Of a stretch of 64,000 nt of DNA, positions 30,311 through 40,553 are shown in pieces (the stretch's first letter is position 1; each line of letters begins with the position of its first letter). Source of the DNA: Candidatus Bathyarchaeia archaeon (lineage in GTDB: Archaea > Thermoproteota > Bathyarchaeia > 40CM-2-53-6); NCBI GenBank assembly GCA_049517415.1, contig JBEKSC010000002.1:64001-128000 (forward strand). Direction: 5' to 3'. The translations under genes and the position numbers were made by a program. Below the pieces are notes generated by a model, which was not told the DNA's origin, ran no database searches, and saw only the letters and a list, made by a program, of their open reading frames with translations.

Positions 30311-31414
30311 ATGCAAATCACGAAAGTTCAAGCGTATCCTGTCCGCTTGCCGATGCGACAGTTCAGTGATGCATATTCCGATTATCCGATGGGGCAATTT
30401 GTGCTCGTCGAAATCGACACCGACCAAGGTACAGTTGGCTTCGGTGAGGCTCCCTGCACAGTCACCGTGGGGTTCTACGGAGAAACATTGGAGACGGTAA
30501 CTGCTGCAATTCGGAATCACCTTGGACCAAAGTTGTTGGGGGAGGATCCGCTCAATATACGAAAGGCTACTTCACTCATGAATTCCATCCACGGAGCCGC
30601 ATTCATCGCTAAGACAGGCATCGATACAGCGCTCTATGATTTAGCGGGCAAAGCCCTCGAAGTGCCCGTAAGCACCTTGCTAGGTGGCAGACAAAGAAAC
30701 AGCATAGAGGCTGCGTCTGAGATAGCGATAGTTAATCCCGAAGAAATGGCTCGAGAAGCCCGCCGCCTCATTGAGTTGGGTTTCAAAGTCATCAAAGTCA
30801 AGGCCGGCAGAAATGTCGATGATGAGGTCAAGGGTATCAAAGCGATTCGGGACGCGGCAGGCTCAGACATCGAACTGAGAGTCGACCCAAACGCAGGGTG
30901 GTCACGCCTCGACACTCTCCGAGCCCTCAAGGCCCTTTCGCGTGAGGAAATCAGTTACATCGAACAACCGCTGCCTGGCTGGGATCTGGAAGGCCTCGCA
31001 TGGCTACGGAAGACAACGGGTGTTCCCGTAATGGTTGACGAGAGCGTCTGGACTCCACAGGACGTGATTAAGATCGCAAGAGCAGAAGCCGCGGACATAA
31101 TCAACATTAAGATCACAAAGGCTGGCGGCTTGAAGAACTCTCTGGCCATCTACACGACCGCAGAAGCGGTGGGCATCCCGTGCATCGTTGGAACCGAACT
31201 CGAATCATGCGTCGCAGTCGCCGCGAAACTGCAACTCGCGTCATCTTTTGAGAAGCTACCTTTTGCCTGCGAATTTACGGAATTGGCTTTCCAGAGAATA
31301 GCCATAACGGAATCTCTGCACCTCGAAAATGGTACCTTGAAGGTTCCGACAGGCCCAGGCCTGGGCATGGCTCCAGATAGGCAATTGATAGACCAGAACA
31401 CCGTTTCTCTGTAA
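30311..31414 (+). CDS. mandelate racemase/muconate lactonizing family enzyme (dipeptide epimerase-like)
   Basis: IKVKAG, RVDPN, IEQP, MVDES, NIKITKAGG, VPTGPGLG. Confidence 0.88.
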   Translation: MQITKVQAYPVRLPMRQFSDAYSDYPMGQFVLVEIDTDQGTVGFGEAPCTVTVGFYGETLETVTAAIRNHLGPKLLGEDPLNIRKATSLMNSIHGAAFIAKTGIDTALYDLAGKALEVPVSTLLGGRQRNSIEAASEIAIVNPEEMAREARRLIELGFKVIKVKAGRNVDDEVKGIKAIRDAAGSDIELRVDPNAGWSRLDTLRALKALSREEISYIEQPLPGWDLEGLAWLRKTTGVPVMVDESVWTPQDVIKIARAEAADIINIKITKAGGLKNSLAIYTTAEAVGIPCIVGTELESCVAVAAKLQLASSFEKLPFACEFTELAFQRIAITESLHLENGTLKVPTGPGLGMAPDRQLIDQNTVSL

Positions 31415-31634
31415 ATGACAAGTAAGCTACCAATTCGCGCCGTCTTTTTGTTGTTAGCTTCCTACGGACGAAATACTCATTGTCCCGCCATTTTACAGTA
31501 AGCCGTGTGTTGTACCAACGGGACAATACCCGTAATCTTCAAACTCCGAAAAATTCATCCGTAGACATTCTGGAAACGAGTTCGTTGCCTCGTCGTTCGG
31601 CAGCTTTATACAGACACCAAAAATAATCTGAGTT

Positions 31635-33587
31635 ATGGCCAGACTGCGAACTGATGGTCTGCCTGCGGCTATTACTCCGGAAGATATCCTAACGAGGAAG
31701 GTCATTGCTGACGCGCAGATTTCATCCGATGGGAACTCTATCGCTTTTGTTGTAGGAGATTGTTTCAAGGAAAAAATCGGGAAAGCAAAATCGAACATTT
31801 GGTTAGCTGATGTGGGTTCGGGGGCCTCGCGTCAATTCACTGGAGGGGCTGGGACCGACAACTTTCCAAGGTGGTCACCCGACGGGACGAAGCTTGCTTT
31901 TCTGTCAGATAGGTCCGAGAACCGCCTGGTTCAGGTCTACCTGGTAGACCGAGAAGTAGGTGAAGCGCTGCAGCTGACTGACATTAGGGGTGAGATCGCT
32001 GGCTTTGCATGGTCGCCTTCAGGCAAGGAGATAGCGTTTCTGATGTATGATCCAGAGACGGAGGAAGATAGGGCGAGGATGGAAAAGTCTGGAGGCGCAA
32101 TTGAATTCGAGAAGTTTCACAAATTCTGCAGAATCTGGACGGTAGACATCCAAGATAAATCTCTTAGGAAGGTCACGGGAGATTACCAGGTCTGGGAATT
32201 TTGCTGGTGCCCGGATGGTAGTTGCTTTGCTGCTATTGTAGCAGATGAACCCTACGAATGGTCGTGGCATATAGCACGCTTGGCTGTAATACCCCTCAAT
32301 ACAGGCGAACCCTACGTTCTGTATGATGCGAAACCGAAGCAACTGGGCGGGCTGTTGTGGTCACAAGACGGGCGGTCGATCTATTTCTTGTCAGCAACAT
32401 TGAGTGACAGGCCGCTCGTAGGCGGTGACTTATTCAGGATATCTGCGTCGGGTAGTGAAAGGGAACCGACAAATCTTACGAACGACAACCTGGGTTCAGT
32501 TCACTACGCGAAATGGAATTCAACGAACAGACTAATCGTTCTTAGCGTAAACAACGCGAAGACGATATTCACGTTAGTGAACCTTTCAGGGCCAAAGCAA
32601 GTAGAGTTCACTACCCTGTATGAGGGAGAAGTAGGAGTAATTGGCGGAATGTTGTTCACCTCACAGCCAATGTTTTCCTGCGCGGACAACGGATCAATCG
32701 CAATAGTTAGGGAAGACCTGTACTCGCCGCAGGAAATCTGGTACGGCAAAATGTCGGAGGCAAGTATTTCTTGGAAACAGCTTACGGATCTCAACAAGCC
32801 GTTGAAGATGTACTCGAACATTCGCGCGGAAATGGTCGAATGGAAATCTTTTGATGGTCTGAACATACAGGGATTTCTGTACTATCCTCCCGGGCAAGAA
32901 AATGAGCCTCTCCCACTTGTTGTTCGTCCTCATGGAGGACCATCGTTGGGTTACGGTTGCAGATTCGAAATGGAAGCGCGATATTATGCTTCTCATGGAT
33001 ATGCTGTTCTCTTGCCCAACCCGCGAGGGAGCATGGGAAGAGGAGTCAAATTCCTAGAGATGAACAGGGGCAACATAGAAGGCAAGGATTTCAAAGATAT
33101 CATGGCAGGAGTGGATTATTGCATAGAACAGCAATGGGCCGACCCAAAGAACCTCTTTGTTTATGGAGGAAGCTACGGTGGCTACCTCGTAGCTTGGACG
33201 GTTTCACAAACTCAGAGGTTCAATGCCGCCGTAATGGACTATGGAATATGTAATTTACTAAGCTGCCACGGAGGCGAATGGAACACGTATTGGGAAGTAT
33301 TCCAATTCGACATCGACCCCTACAACCAATCAGACTTATTCAACAAGAAATCTCCAATCTACTACGCGCGAAATGTAAAAACTCCGACTTTGATAATACA
33401 TGGAAAAGAAGACCCATGTGTCCCAGTAGAACAAGCGCACGAATTCTTTCGAGCTCTCAAAGGGCTAGGCGTACAGACCGAGCTGGTTGTTTATCCGCGA
33501 GAGGGGCACGGATACCAAGAGAAGGCCCACATGATCGATTCCTTCCAACGACACCTAAACTGGTTCAACGAACACATGAAACACTAG
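31635..33587 (+). CDS. S9 family peptidase (acylaminoacyl peptidase-like)
   Basis: PD40 repeats (PRWSPDG), HGGP, GGSYGG, HGKED, EGHG. Confidence 0.94.
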   Translation: MARLRTDGLPAAITPEDILTRKVIADAQISSDGNSIAFVVGDCFKEKIGKAKSNIWLADVGSGASRQFTGGAGTDNFPRWSPDGTKLAFLSDRSENRLVQVYLVDREVGEALQLTDIRGEIAGFAWSPSGKEIAFLMYDPETEEDRARMEKSGGAIEFEKFHKFCRIWTVDIQDKSLRKVTGDYQVWEFCWCPDGSCFAAIVADEPYEWSWHIARLAVIPLNTGEPYVLYDAKPKQLGGLLWSQDGRSIYFLSATLSDRPLVGGDLFRISASGSEREPTNLTNDNLGSVHYAKWNSTNRLIVLSVNNAKTIFTLVNLSGPKQVEFTTLYEGEVGVIGGMLFTSQPMFSCADNGSIAIVREDLYSPQEIWYGKMSEASISWKQLTDLNKPLKMYSNIRAEMVEWKSFDGLNIQGFLYYPPGQENEPLPLVVRPHGGPSLGYGCRFEMEARYYASHGYAVLLPNPRGSMGRGVKFLEMNRGNIEGKDFKDIMAGVDYCIEQQWADPKNLFVYGGSYGGYLVAWTVSQTQRFNAAVMDYGICNLLSCHGGEWNTYWEVFQFDIDPYNQSDLFNKKSPIYYARNVKTPTLIIHGKEDPCVPVEQAHEFFRALKGLGVQTELVVYPREGHGYQEKAHMIDSFQRHLNWFNEHMKH

Positions 33588-33606
33588 GAGTCATAACCCC
33601 GTAAAA

Positions 33607-33699
33607 GTTCACATTGAAATCACGAACCCAATCGGCCCAGAGATTGGGGACGACCTAGGGCTGCTCAGAGGCTGTCTTCTTACGTGTATGATAACCTAG
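33607..33699 (+). repeat. degenerate ~93-bp copy of internal amrS sequence (27710-27803)
   Basis: gttcacattgaaatcacgaacccaatcggcccagagattggggacgaccta... matches gttcacattgagatcacggacctaattgttccagaggttggggacgacttg... Confidence 0.85.
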
Positions 33700-33826
33700 T
33701 CGAGGGTTTTGCGCCAAGCAATGTGAGCGCGGTGCCTCCGACCGCGATGAGAGTGATCTTTCTCCCCAGCTCCTTGTCCACTTCTTCCAGGAAACCCAGC
33801 AGCACTCTGCTACCTAATCGCGCCAT
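33680..33826 (-). pseudogene. truncated DUF6036/AbiEii-like nucleotidyltransferase
   Basis: MARLGSRVLLGFLEEVDKELGRKITLIAVGGTALTLLGAKPSTR, then cut just before the expected DxD by the amrS-derived sequence. Confidence 0.7.
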
Positions 33827-34898
33827 ACAACCTCATTTTCTCCTCTATGCTCTTATTGTTCGCTCTGATCTCCTTGGGTTTCAGGGATTCGAGGATTCCT
33901 ATCGTAACACCAGTCTCCTTCGAGGGCTTAATCTTGTCTAGCGCTTTCAACAGTCCAATGAGCCTGCCAGACAGTCCGTATTTCTCTGAAAGGAAAATGA
34001 GGAGGCTGTGATTCGCCTTGTTTTTTGCCAGCAGTATCGGTATCGCCTCGATGCGCCTGGCGTCACCCTTCATCATGATGGAAGCGATGATGTATTCGAT
34101 GCATATCCTCTGCCCTTCCCTCAGCTCGGGTCCGATCTCCTTGTAGCCGAACCTTGCTAGATTGAAGGTCAAGTCCTTCTCGGGTATCTTCGCCGGGTTC
34201 GTCTCCGCCTCCAGTAGCGCGATTCTGTATCCTTTGGCCACCGCTGCGGCGATATGGGACCAGAAGTCTTGCGGTCCATGGAGCGTTATCTTGTCGTACA
34301 GCATCTCTTTCAAAGGGTTGATTTCATCCGATGTTAGGAGTTCTAGGAACTCATCCGTTGTCAAGATGAGAGGGTCTATCTTGATTGTGGCGAACGCCTG
34401 CAGGTCTCGCGCGGTTGCATGTATGCGGATTATCTCGCGTTGGAGCAGGTTGCCTTTCGGATCGTGCAGTAAAAACAGTAGCTCCGCCCTGTTGAGCTTC
34501 AGGTTCCTCTCGGCGTTTATCGCTGATATCGATTCTATGGAACGGATCTCCTCGCAGCGTTCCTCGGCGTTCTTGAAAAGCATCTGCAATTCTTTGGATT
34601 CAGCCAGCAGGTCACGTTTTCTTCTGAGATCCACCTCTGTGAGCAAGTCAATGAGCAGGTAATTCGCGAAGTTCAGGCTTGCGAGTGAAGACCTTCCGGC
34701 CTTGGTGAGAGTTATCGTTCCCTCAGCAGCCAGCGCACGCGTCTTCTCGTAAATGTTGGAGTAAAACGCGGTGCCGTGGGAGCGCCTTATCTTGGAGGTT
34801 AGTTCGTGTATAGAGATGGGCCTGCCAGTTTCCTTCCAGAGAGTGTCCAGTACCCTGTAAGTAGTGTCGTCCATTGCTGCACCGACTGATATCTGCAT
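33810..34898 (-). CDS. wHTH-containing protein, putative antitoxin/regulator of a type IV TA pair
   Basis: N-terminal wHTH (ISIHELTSKI...YSNIYEK...L..EG.I...KAGRS); stop overlaps the start of the truncated NTase. Confidence 0.6.
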   Translation of the reverse strand: MQISVGAAMDDTTYRVLDTLWKETGRPISIHELTSKIRRSHGTAFYSNIYEKTRALAAEGTITLTKAGRSSLASLNFANYLLIDLLTEVDLRRKRDLLAESKELQMLFKNAEERCEEIRSIESISAINAERNLKLNRAELLFLLHDPKGNLLQREIIRIHATARDLQAFATIKIDPLILTTDEFLELLTSDEINPLKEMLYDKITLHGPQDFWSHIAAAVAKGYRIALLEAETNPAKIPEKDLTFNLARFGYKEIGPELREGQRICIEYIIASIMMKGDARRIEAIPILLAKNKANHSLLIFLSEKYGLSGRLIGLLKALDKIKPSKETGVTIGILESLKPKEIRANNKSIEEKMRLYGAIR

Positions 34899-35145
34899 TA
34901 TAGCATATACACGATAATATTAAGGCATCATAACTATATAAGTGCATGAATGACAACGGTCTGCCAGCCGATGCCACAACTGCGACACACTGCCTTACCT
35001 CTCAGAGCCATGACACCAACCAGCAGCGGAGATTCGTGGTAATAATTATTCTTCTCAGCTAGGCGCTGCCAGATGTCTTGTTATTGGCCCTAAGTTTTCT
35101 ACTTCCTAGAATGCCTTATCTCTGATACTGTCCCTGCTTTAGTGC

Positions 35146-35511
35146 ATGCCGATTGAAGACCTTGTCGGGAATACGGAGCTTCTAAAGCGAGTCTTAGAAC
35201 ACTACAGATACCGACTGGACAACTTCACGAGTGATGAAGAGGTCAAGCCGCTGATAAGCGGGCCCGTCAGACGATACCTTACCTTTGGCCAATTGAAGTC
35301 ACTGGTTTCCGAAGCGCTGATCGAATTAACCAAAGACAGAGACACTGCAAACCTAAAGCTACCGTTGTACAGCGACCTTCTGAGGTCTGCGGCTCGACAA
35401 TACGTAAAAGACCTGGAACGAATTAAAGAGAAAACCAGCCAAGAGCTGCCAGACAGCAAACTGAGAGAAATGGAGTTGGACATAGAAGCCGCGAAGGAGT
35501 GCCTTCGCTAA
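35146..35511 (+). CDS. hypothetical helical protein
   Basis: 121-aa ORF with ATG start. Confidence 0.6.
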   Translation: MPIEDLVGNTELLKRVLEHYRYRLDNFTSDEEVKPLISGPVRRYLTFGQLKSLVSEALIELTKDRDTANLKLPLYSDLLRSAARQYVKDLERIKEKTSQELPDSKLREMELDIEAAKECLR

Positions 35512-36469
35512 ACGGTCTCCGCCAGGTTGGAAAGACCTCACTGGGACGCTGAAGGCAGTAAGAAGATGGCGGTCATTCATGCTTTCGGTGAGCTGCAACG
35601 CAAAGCCAAGGCGCGCGCAATCAAGGGCGAGCATGCCGATTCTTTGCACTCGTTCAACCTATCTTAGGCCTAGATCACAGTGAAGACAAGGGGTATAATC
35701 GGGGGATGCGCATCGCGAGCAGCGTTCACAGATGCGATTCCAATACTCATAGCAGCTATAGCAGCGGAAATCCAGTTCGCCGTTTCTTCCGAAGGATCCA
35801 CGCGGCTGGGCCATGTCTTCAAGCGTCGGCGAGGCCGCGCCTTTGCCACTAATCAGAAGAACTCACCTCCTTTCCATGAGGCGTGTTTCAAAATACTCTT
35901 CGCCTTCGACCGCTCTACTAAGCATGGCTTTCCTTCGGCACCGATCCCCAGTACGATTCAGGTTAACTTACTCTAGGCTTGGAAGGATCCTTACTGAAGA
36001 AGTTTGAGGGTCTTCGTACCACGAGGAACCGACCACAATCTTGGCAGATGTAATGTTTCGAGTAAGTCCCACCGGAGTAGAAAGTCATTTTCTCACCGCA
36101 GCTTGGGCAGTTTGGATTACCTATCTTCATACGCTCGCGTCCACCAACTACTTCTGTCTCCTCAGAATTGGGTTTTTTGGTGCTCTACTAGGCGGGAGTC
36201 CAAAGGCGCGGACAGGCGAGGTGCGAACCGGTGGTTCGGCAAAGACCGGCGAATAGGTATAGGAGGCCAACGCAAAAGATGCCGAGGAAAGCTTCCGGCA
36301 AGATCAGACGAACGCCACCATCAACTTGACATGACTTTCTAGTTTGCCCAAGTTCGAAGTTCGTGGTCACGATTATTCTTCTTCTTGATTTCCTCTTCCG
36401 AGCTTCTCTTAAGCGAGCTGTGCGGTCCAAATTTGCACGTTTATTAGCAGAGCTTCCCGTTGCAGGGAG

Positions 36470-37525
36470 GTGACTTTTGTGGCTAGGCAATCTCGTCTTC
36501 CTATACGCATAAATCGGAAAGCACCTTCTGCCGCCCTTCTGCCGTTTACAGACTATTTCAAAGGGTTCGATAATGTCGGCGCGATGCGGGGCGTCTTTGG
36601 AGAGAAGACTGACTCAGTCTTGGACAACCTGAAAGTTGGATTCGTTTCTAATCGCCGCATGTACATGGGCATAAGAGACAAAGACGGAAACATTGCCGTC
36701 AGCACTTTTCATCTCAAGCACAGCGACCAGAGGACACTGTATCTTGACGTAGTTCACGAGCTGTTCCATGTCAAGCAATTCATAGAGAATAGAAAGTACT
36801 TCCGAGAAGAGCATCAGAAGTTCATGGGAAACCGGTCTTTGTATTACGTGAGCCCGATAGAAGTCCCGGCCTACAAGCACACAGTTAAGGAGGCCAAACG
36901 AATTGGCATGTCCTTCAACGAGATAGCAGAATATCTGAAGATGGGACCAGTTCCCCCGAAGGTGTTCAACAAGTTCTTGAAAACCGTGAATCTTGAACGA
37001 GGCGGGAACACCTCAAAGAATCGGGCAAGGTTAGCCGTTCGAATAAACCGCTACGCATCGATACGAGTCTTCCCGTTTACCGACTATTTCAAGGGCTTTG
37101 AGAAGTCTTCGGCGGTAAGGGCCCTGTTCGGAAACAAGACGGAGAAGATCTTAGGCAAGCTTAAAGTTGAGTTCGCCGATTCCCCATTTCGAACAATATT
37201 TCCAAGCGATGAGGATGGCCACCTCATGGTGAGCCTAGACTACTTCAGGAAAGGCGACGTGAATTCACTGTATCTTAACGTTCTATTGTGCCTCAATATC
37301 CTGAAACGCCTGTCCGAAGATAAGCTACTTCTCGAATCCAACGATCAGGAGTTCGGTGAGAGCCCCGTCATTTTGGAATCGTACAAGTCGATGTTGGCAG
37401 AATCAAGGCGGATCGGGATGTCTGATAAGAAGATCTTGGAAAGCATGCAGCTTCCGCGTTTCATGATGAGCCCCGCAGGTTACATCAGATTTGTGCGAAA
37501 GTTGGGGCTTTTGGACTCAGGTTAG
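36470..37525 (+). CDS. internally duplicated zincin-like protein
   Basis: two copies of RINR.A....PFTDYFKGF...A.R..FG.KT..L..LKV.F; HELFH and a downstream E only in copy 1. Confidence 0.75.
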   Translation: MTFVARQSRLPIRINRKAPSAALLPFTDYFKGFDNVGAMRGVFGEKTDSVLDNLKVGFVSNRRMYMGIRDKDGNIAVSTFHLKHSDQRTLYLDVVHELFHVKQFIENRKYFREEHQKFMGNRSLYYVSPIEVPAYKHTVKEAKRIGMSFNEIAEYLKMGPVPPKVFNKFLKTVNLERGGNTSKNRARLAVRINRYASIRVFPFTDYFKGFEKSSAVRALFGNKTEKILGKLKVEFADSPFRTIFPSDEDGHLMVSLDYFRKGDVNSLYLNVLLCLNILKRLSEDKLLLESNDQEFGESPVILESYKSMLAESRRIGMSDKKILESMQLPRFMMSPAGYIRFVRKLGLLDSG

Positions 37526-37772
37526 AACGGATAACGCATACTGTGGCGACGAGAAAGAAAAAGGAGGAATAAGCATGTTAGTCCTCGGGTGCCAAATCCC
37601 ATCACGAACAACCGCTCCTATGTGGCAGGCGCCTTTCCTTTTACCTTCGACGCGGTCGACCTTTCACTCGGAGAACACGCATTTTCGAAGGATACGATTC
37701 AAAAGTTCAACTTTAATATCCAAAAAACTGAATCACGGTCGCTGAGACATCTCGGATGTAATTTCGCCCTCT

Positions 37773-37978
37773 CTAAACTCCCTCAACCTGCTGAGAAACT
37801 CCAGTCGCAGCATGCTGTGATTCCGTCTCTGTCATGAGGCCGAGGTCATATTCGCAAGCGATATCCTTGCAGATTAGGAACTTTGATGGCCTTAGATCCC
37901 GTAATACGTTATAGTACCATGACAGCCTTTCCCTTATCGCCGGGTCACGCCAAGTGTCGCCGGTGTAGTGCCTGAGCA
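37773..37978 (-). pseudogene. fragment resembling the N-terminus of an archaeal PflX-like radical SAM protein
   Basis: W.DPAIRERLSWYY.VL.DLRPSKFLICK; no CxxxCxxC follows. Confidence 0.45.
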
Positions 37979-38070
37979 TCCTTCCCAAGAAACCTGTCTT
38001 CGGACCGGGTACTTTGGCCTGGCCCACTTTCGCTTCGAATGGGTACGATACGCCTGAGACGGTTGGTTTG

Positions 38071-38153
38071 GCGCAGGATTTCCGCAGCGCACTTGCGCGG
38101 AGGCCTTAGGACTCTCCCGTAGGGGTTCATGGGTTCGAATCCGGCGCTGCGTA
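38071..38153 (+). pseudogene. degenerate tRNA-Leu(TAG)-like sequence
   Basis: GCGCAG.../CTGCGTA acceptor stem, CTTAGGA loop, CCCGTAGGGG variable arm, GGTTCGAATCC; T and D stems mismatched. Confidence 0.6.
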
Positions 38154-38388
38154 CTTTTTGATGGACCTTGGGTACTCGTTTCCACTGGAGAAAATCGCGG
38201 ATATTGAGGGTTCGCATCTCATTGGGCCCCCCCACGATAAGGAAGGCTCTAGGAGATTGGCCTAGTGTTCTGCCGCTTGCCTTTTCTCAAGCTTCTCGAG
38301 TGTAGTCGCCCAATTCACAAAGCAGCCCCAGAGCAATGAACTTTCGGCATTATCCTTTTCGTTGGAATCTGGTTTGTTCACGATTCGC

Positions 38389-39189
38389 TCACTTTAGATT
38401 TTTGTTAAAGAAAGCAACTGAGCTTTCCCAAGCGTCACTGGCAGCTTCCTTGTTGTAAGACGGTCTGGTCTCGTTGAAAAAGGAGTGCTGCGCTCCCTTG
38501 TAGATTTTCAATGAAAATTGTTTCTTGTACTTTACCATTGCTTCAACTAGAGATGGAACACCTGCGTTGATTCGCTCGTCTTCTCCAGCGTAAAAAGCAA
38601 GTATGGGGCCAGAAATGTTCTCAACAGATCCTAGCGGCTTTGGGTTCGCCCCGTAAAAAGGGACGGATGCGCTGAAGGGATACACCGTTGAAAGCTGATA
38701 GGTCAGGCCTCCGCCCATACAAAACCCCATGATGCCTAATTTTTCGTTGACAACAAAATCGAGGCTCTGAAGATAGCTCCTGCAATCCAAGAGATCTTTG
38801 GCCATTTGCTTTTCCATCTCCTCCCTCCCAAGAAAGAAGATGTTCGCGACTTTCCTTTCAGTTTCGGACATTTTGCTCATGAGTTCCTGAATCGTATCTG
38901 GGGCGCTTCTCTTGTCTGGCGGCACTGTCCACATGTATCTCATCGTAGATTCGATGTTCTTCTCGTTCATAACATCGCCGTTCCTTGTGAAGAGGTTTGG
39001 AGCAATTGTGGCGTAACCTTCCTTAGCGTACCTCTTTGCAACACCCCTGATCTGCTCATTCAATCCAAAGGCCTCGTGGATCACAATTATTCCCGGGAAC
39101 TCTCCGTCCTTGGGTCTAGAGATGAAAGCGGACATCATGGTTCCATCAGCGCAGTTGAATGTGGTATCTTGATCCTTAGTCTCCATCAC
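38389..39189 (-). CDS. dienelactone hydrolase family protein
   Basis: IHEAFGLN, GFCMGG, FYG, AQHSFFN. Confidence 0.92.
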   Translation of the reverse strand: MMETKDQDTTFNCADGTMMSAFISRPKDGEFPGIIVIHEAFGLNEQIRGVAKRYAKEGYATIAPNLFTRNGDVMNEKNIESTMRYMWTVPPDKRSAPDTIQELMSKMSETERKVANIFFLGREEMEKQMAKDLLDCRSYLQSLDFVVNEKLGIMGFCMGGGLTYQLSTVYPFSASVPFYGANPKPLGSVENISGPILAFYAGEDERINAGVPSLVEAMVKYKKQFSLKIYKGAQHSFFNETRPSYNKEAASDAWESSVAFFNKNLK

Positions 39190-39481
39190 TTTGCAACACC
39201 AGTCCGTCTCTCAAGCAAAATTCACTCATTTCCTGAAACAGTAAGCTGTGACTAATAGACCTATTATGAAAGCTATCGCACCAGCTACCTCCCAAAATTA
39301 TGAACCACTCATCATACACTTGATCCTACAACTATTCAACGTCAGCTAAACGGTTCAGAGTCAGATACGCATTAGATCAGATTATGGCCTTACCGCTGCC
39401 TTAGTCAAGGCTCGCAGTTATCCAGTGGAAAGAGAAGTAGCGAAACTACTTCGTACGTTGGTCGAGAAGTGCCTTCAGCCA

Positions 39482-40054
39482 TTAGTCGAACATGTATTTG
39501 CCCATTTCCTGGTAACCCTTTGTGTTTAGGTGAAGTCCATCGGCAGAGTAATCCTCTGAGAGTCTGTTGTTCTGCGGGTCAGCAGTTGCCGCGAAGAAGT
39601 CCACGAATCGTATGTCTCTCTTCTCTGCTTCCATACGGATCAGTCTGTTAAGCTGGAGTCTGGGAGGGATAAGCGCGTCGAATCCAAGAATCGATGGCAC
39701 CGAGCATGCCACGGACACAATGCCCTTGCTCAGAGCAGCATCGTATAGGGTAGTCAAGTTGTGGGCGATCGTTGCCGGATCAAAACCCCAACCTAAGTCA
39801 TTGGCTCCTCCAAGTATGACCACGTAATCCGCTTTCTCATCCACCACGTCCCTCGAGAACCTTTCAAGCATACCCGAGGTCAGATCACCGTTAATTCCCC
39901 TGTTCAGCACATTGACCTCCAAACCTGATCGGAGACTGGTCAAATATTGTTTAGCAAGAGTCTCTAGATATTTCGGGTAAGAGGCGGATTCATCAGAATC
40001 AGAGAACCCGGTTTCTCCAACCGTCAAACTGTCCCCGAGAGCCACAATCTTCAT
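39482..40054 (-). CDS. SGNH/GDSL hydrolase
   Basis: GDSLT, GINGD, GGAND, DGLH. Confidence 0.92.
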   Translation of the reverse strand: MKIVALGDSLTVGETGFSDSDESASYPKYLETLAKQYLTSLRSGLEVNVLNRGINGDLTSGMLERFSRDVVDEKADYVVILGGANDLGWGFDPATIAHNLTTLYDAALSKGIVSVACSVPSILGFDALIPPRLQLNRLIRMEAEKRDIRFVDFFAATADPQNNRLSEDYSADGLHLNTKGYQEMGKYMFD

Positions 40055-40207
40055 GGATTAAGCCTCAAGCCCAGACTCAGTCTCGCGAGTCCTACAGCTT
40101 AGAGATTGTTTCCATCGCCATTCTCTCAGTCATAGGTTCGACGATTTCTACGTTCTTGATCCTGTTTTCCAACGGCTTGAGTCGTTTCCTAACATGATTA
40201 GCCTTGG

Positions 40208-40224
40208 GTTTGGTGCGGGGGAGG
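40208..40224 (-). repeat. att direct repeat (tRNA-Leu 3' end including CCA)
   Basis: gtttggtgcgggggagg, identical to 58834-58850. Confidence 0.88.
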
Positions 40225-40316
40225 AAACATGAAATATAGGTTCGAATTGCCCAGCGTTCTAGATTTCCTACTTCGTTTTTCGGTCATTCTTAACTTACGG
40301 TACTCTTACACCGTGT

Positions 40317-40553
40317 ATGGGCCGTCTGGGGAATCATGCGGAGGATGGCCCAATGGAACAAATATCTACACCTCTAATCGATGAGGAACTCAGAAGACGA
40401 ACAGTAGCTAAGATACTGCTCCGGTTACAGCGATATGTTAGAGGCTACCTCCCAGATCTCCACATCGAGACAGATGAAGACTTCTCCAAGAACCCAGCGG
40501 AAGTAAAGATTAGAGTCTGGTGGAAAGATGAAAAGAGATCTGCTTCTATTTGA
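40317..40553 (+). CDS. small hypothetical protein, with a degenerate second copy at 42144-42287
   Basis: LRLQRYVRGYLPD...EDFSKNPAEVKIRVWWKDE recurs as LRLQRCVGDYLPD...EDFSKNSAEVKIRVS*KDE. Confidence 0.6.
   Translation: MGRLGNHAEDGPMEQISTPLIDEELRRRTVAKILLRLQRYVRGYLPDLHIETDEDFSKNPAEVKIRVWWKDEKRSASI

Noticed and set aside
35520..36460. Several short ORFs on both strands
   Set aside because: They overlap, have no motifs and contain internal stops; probably decayed sequence.
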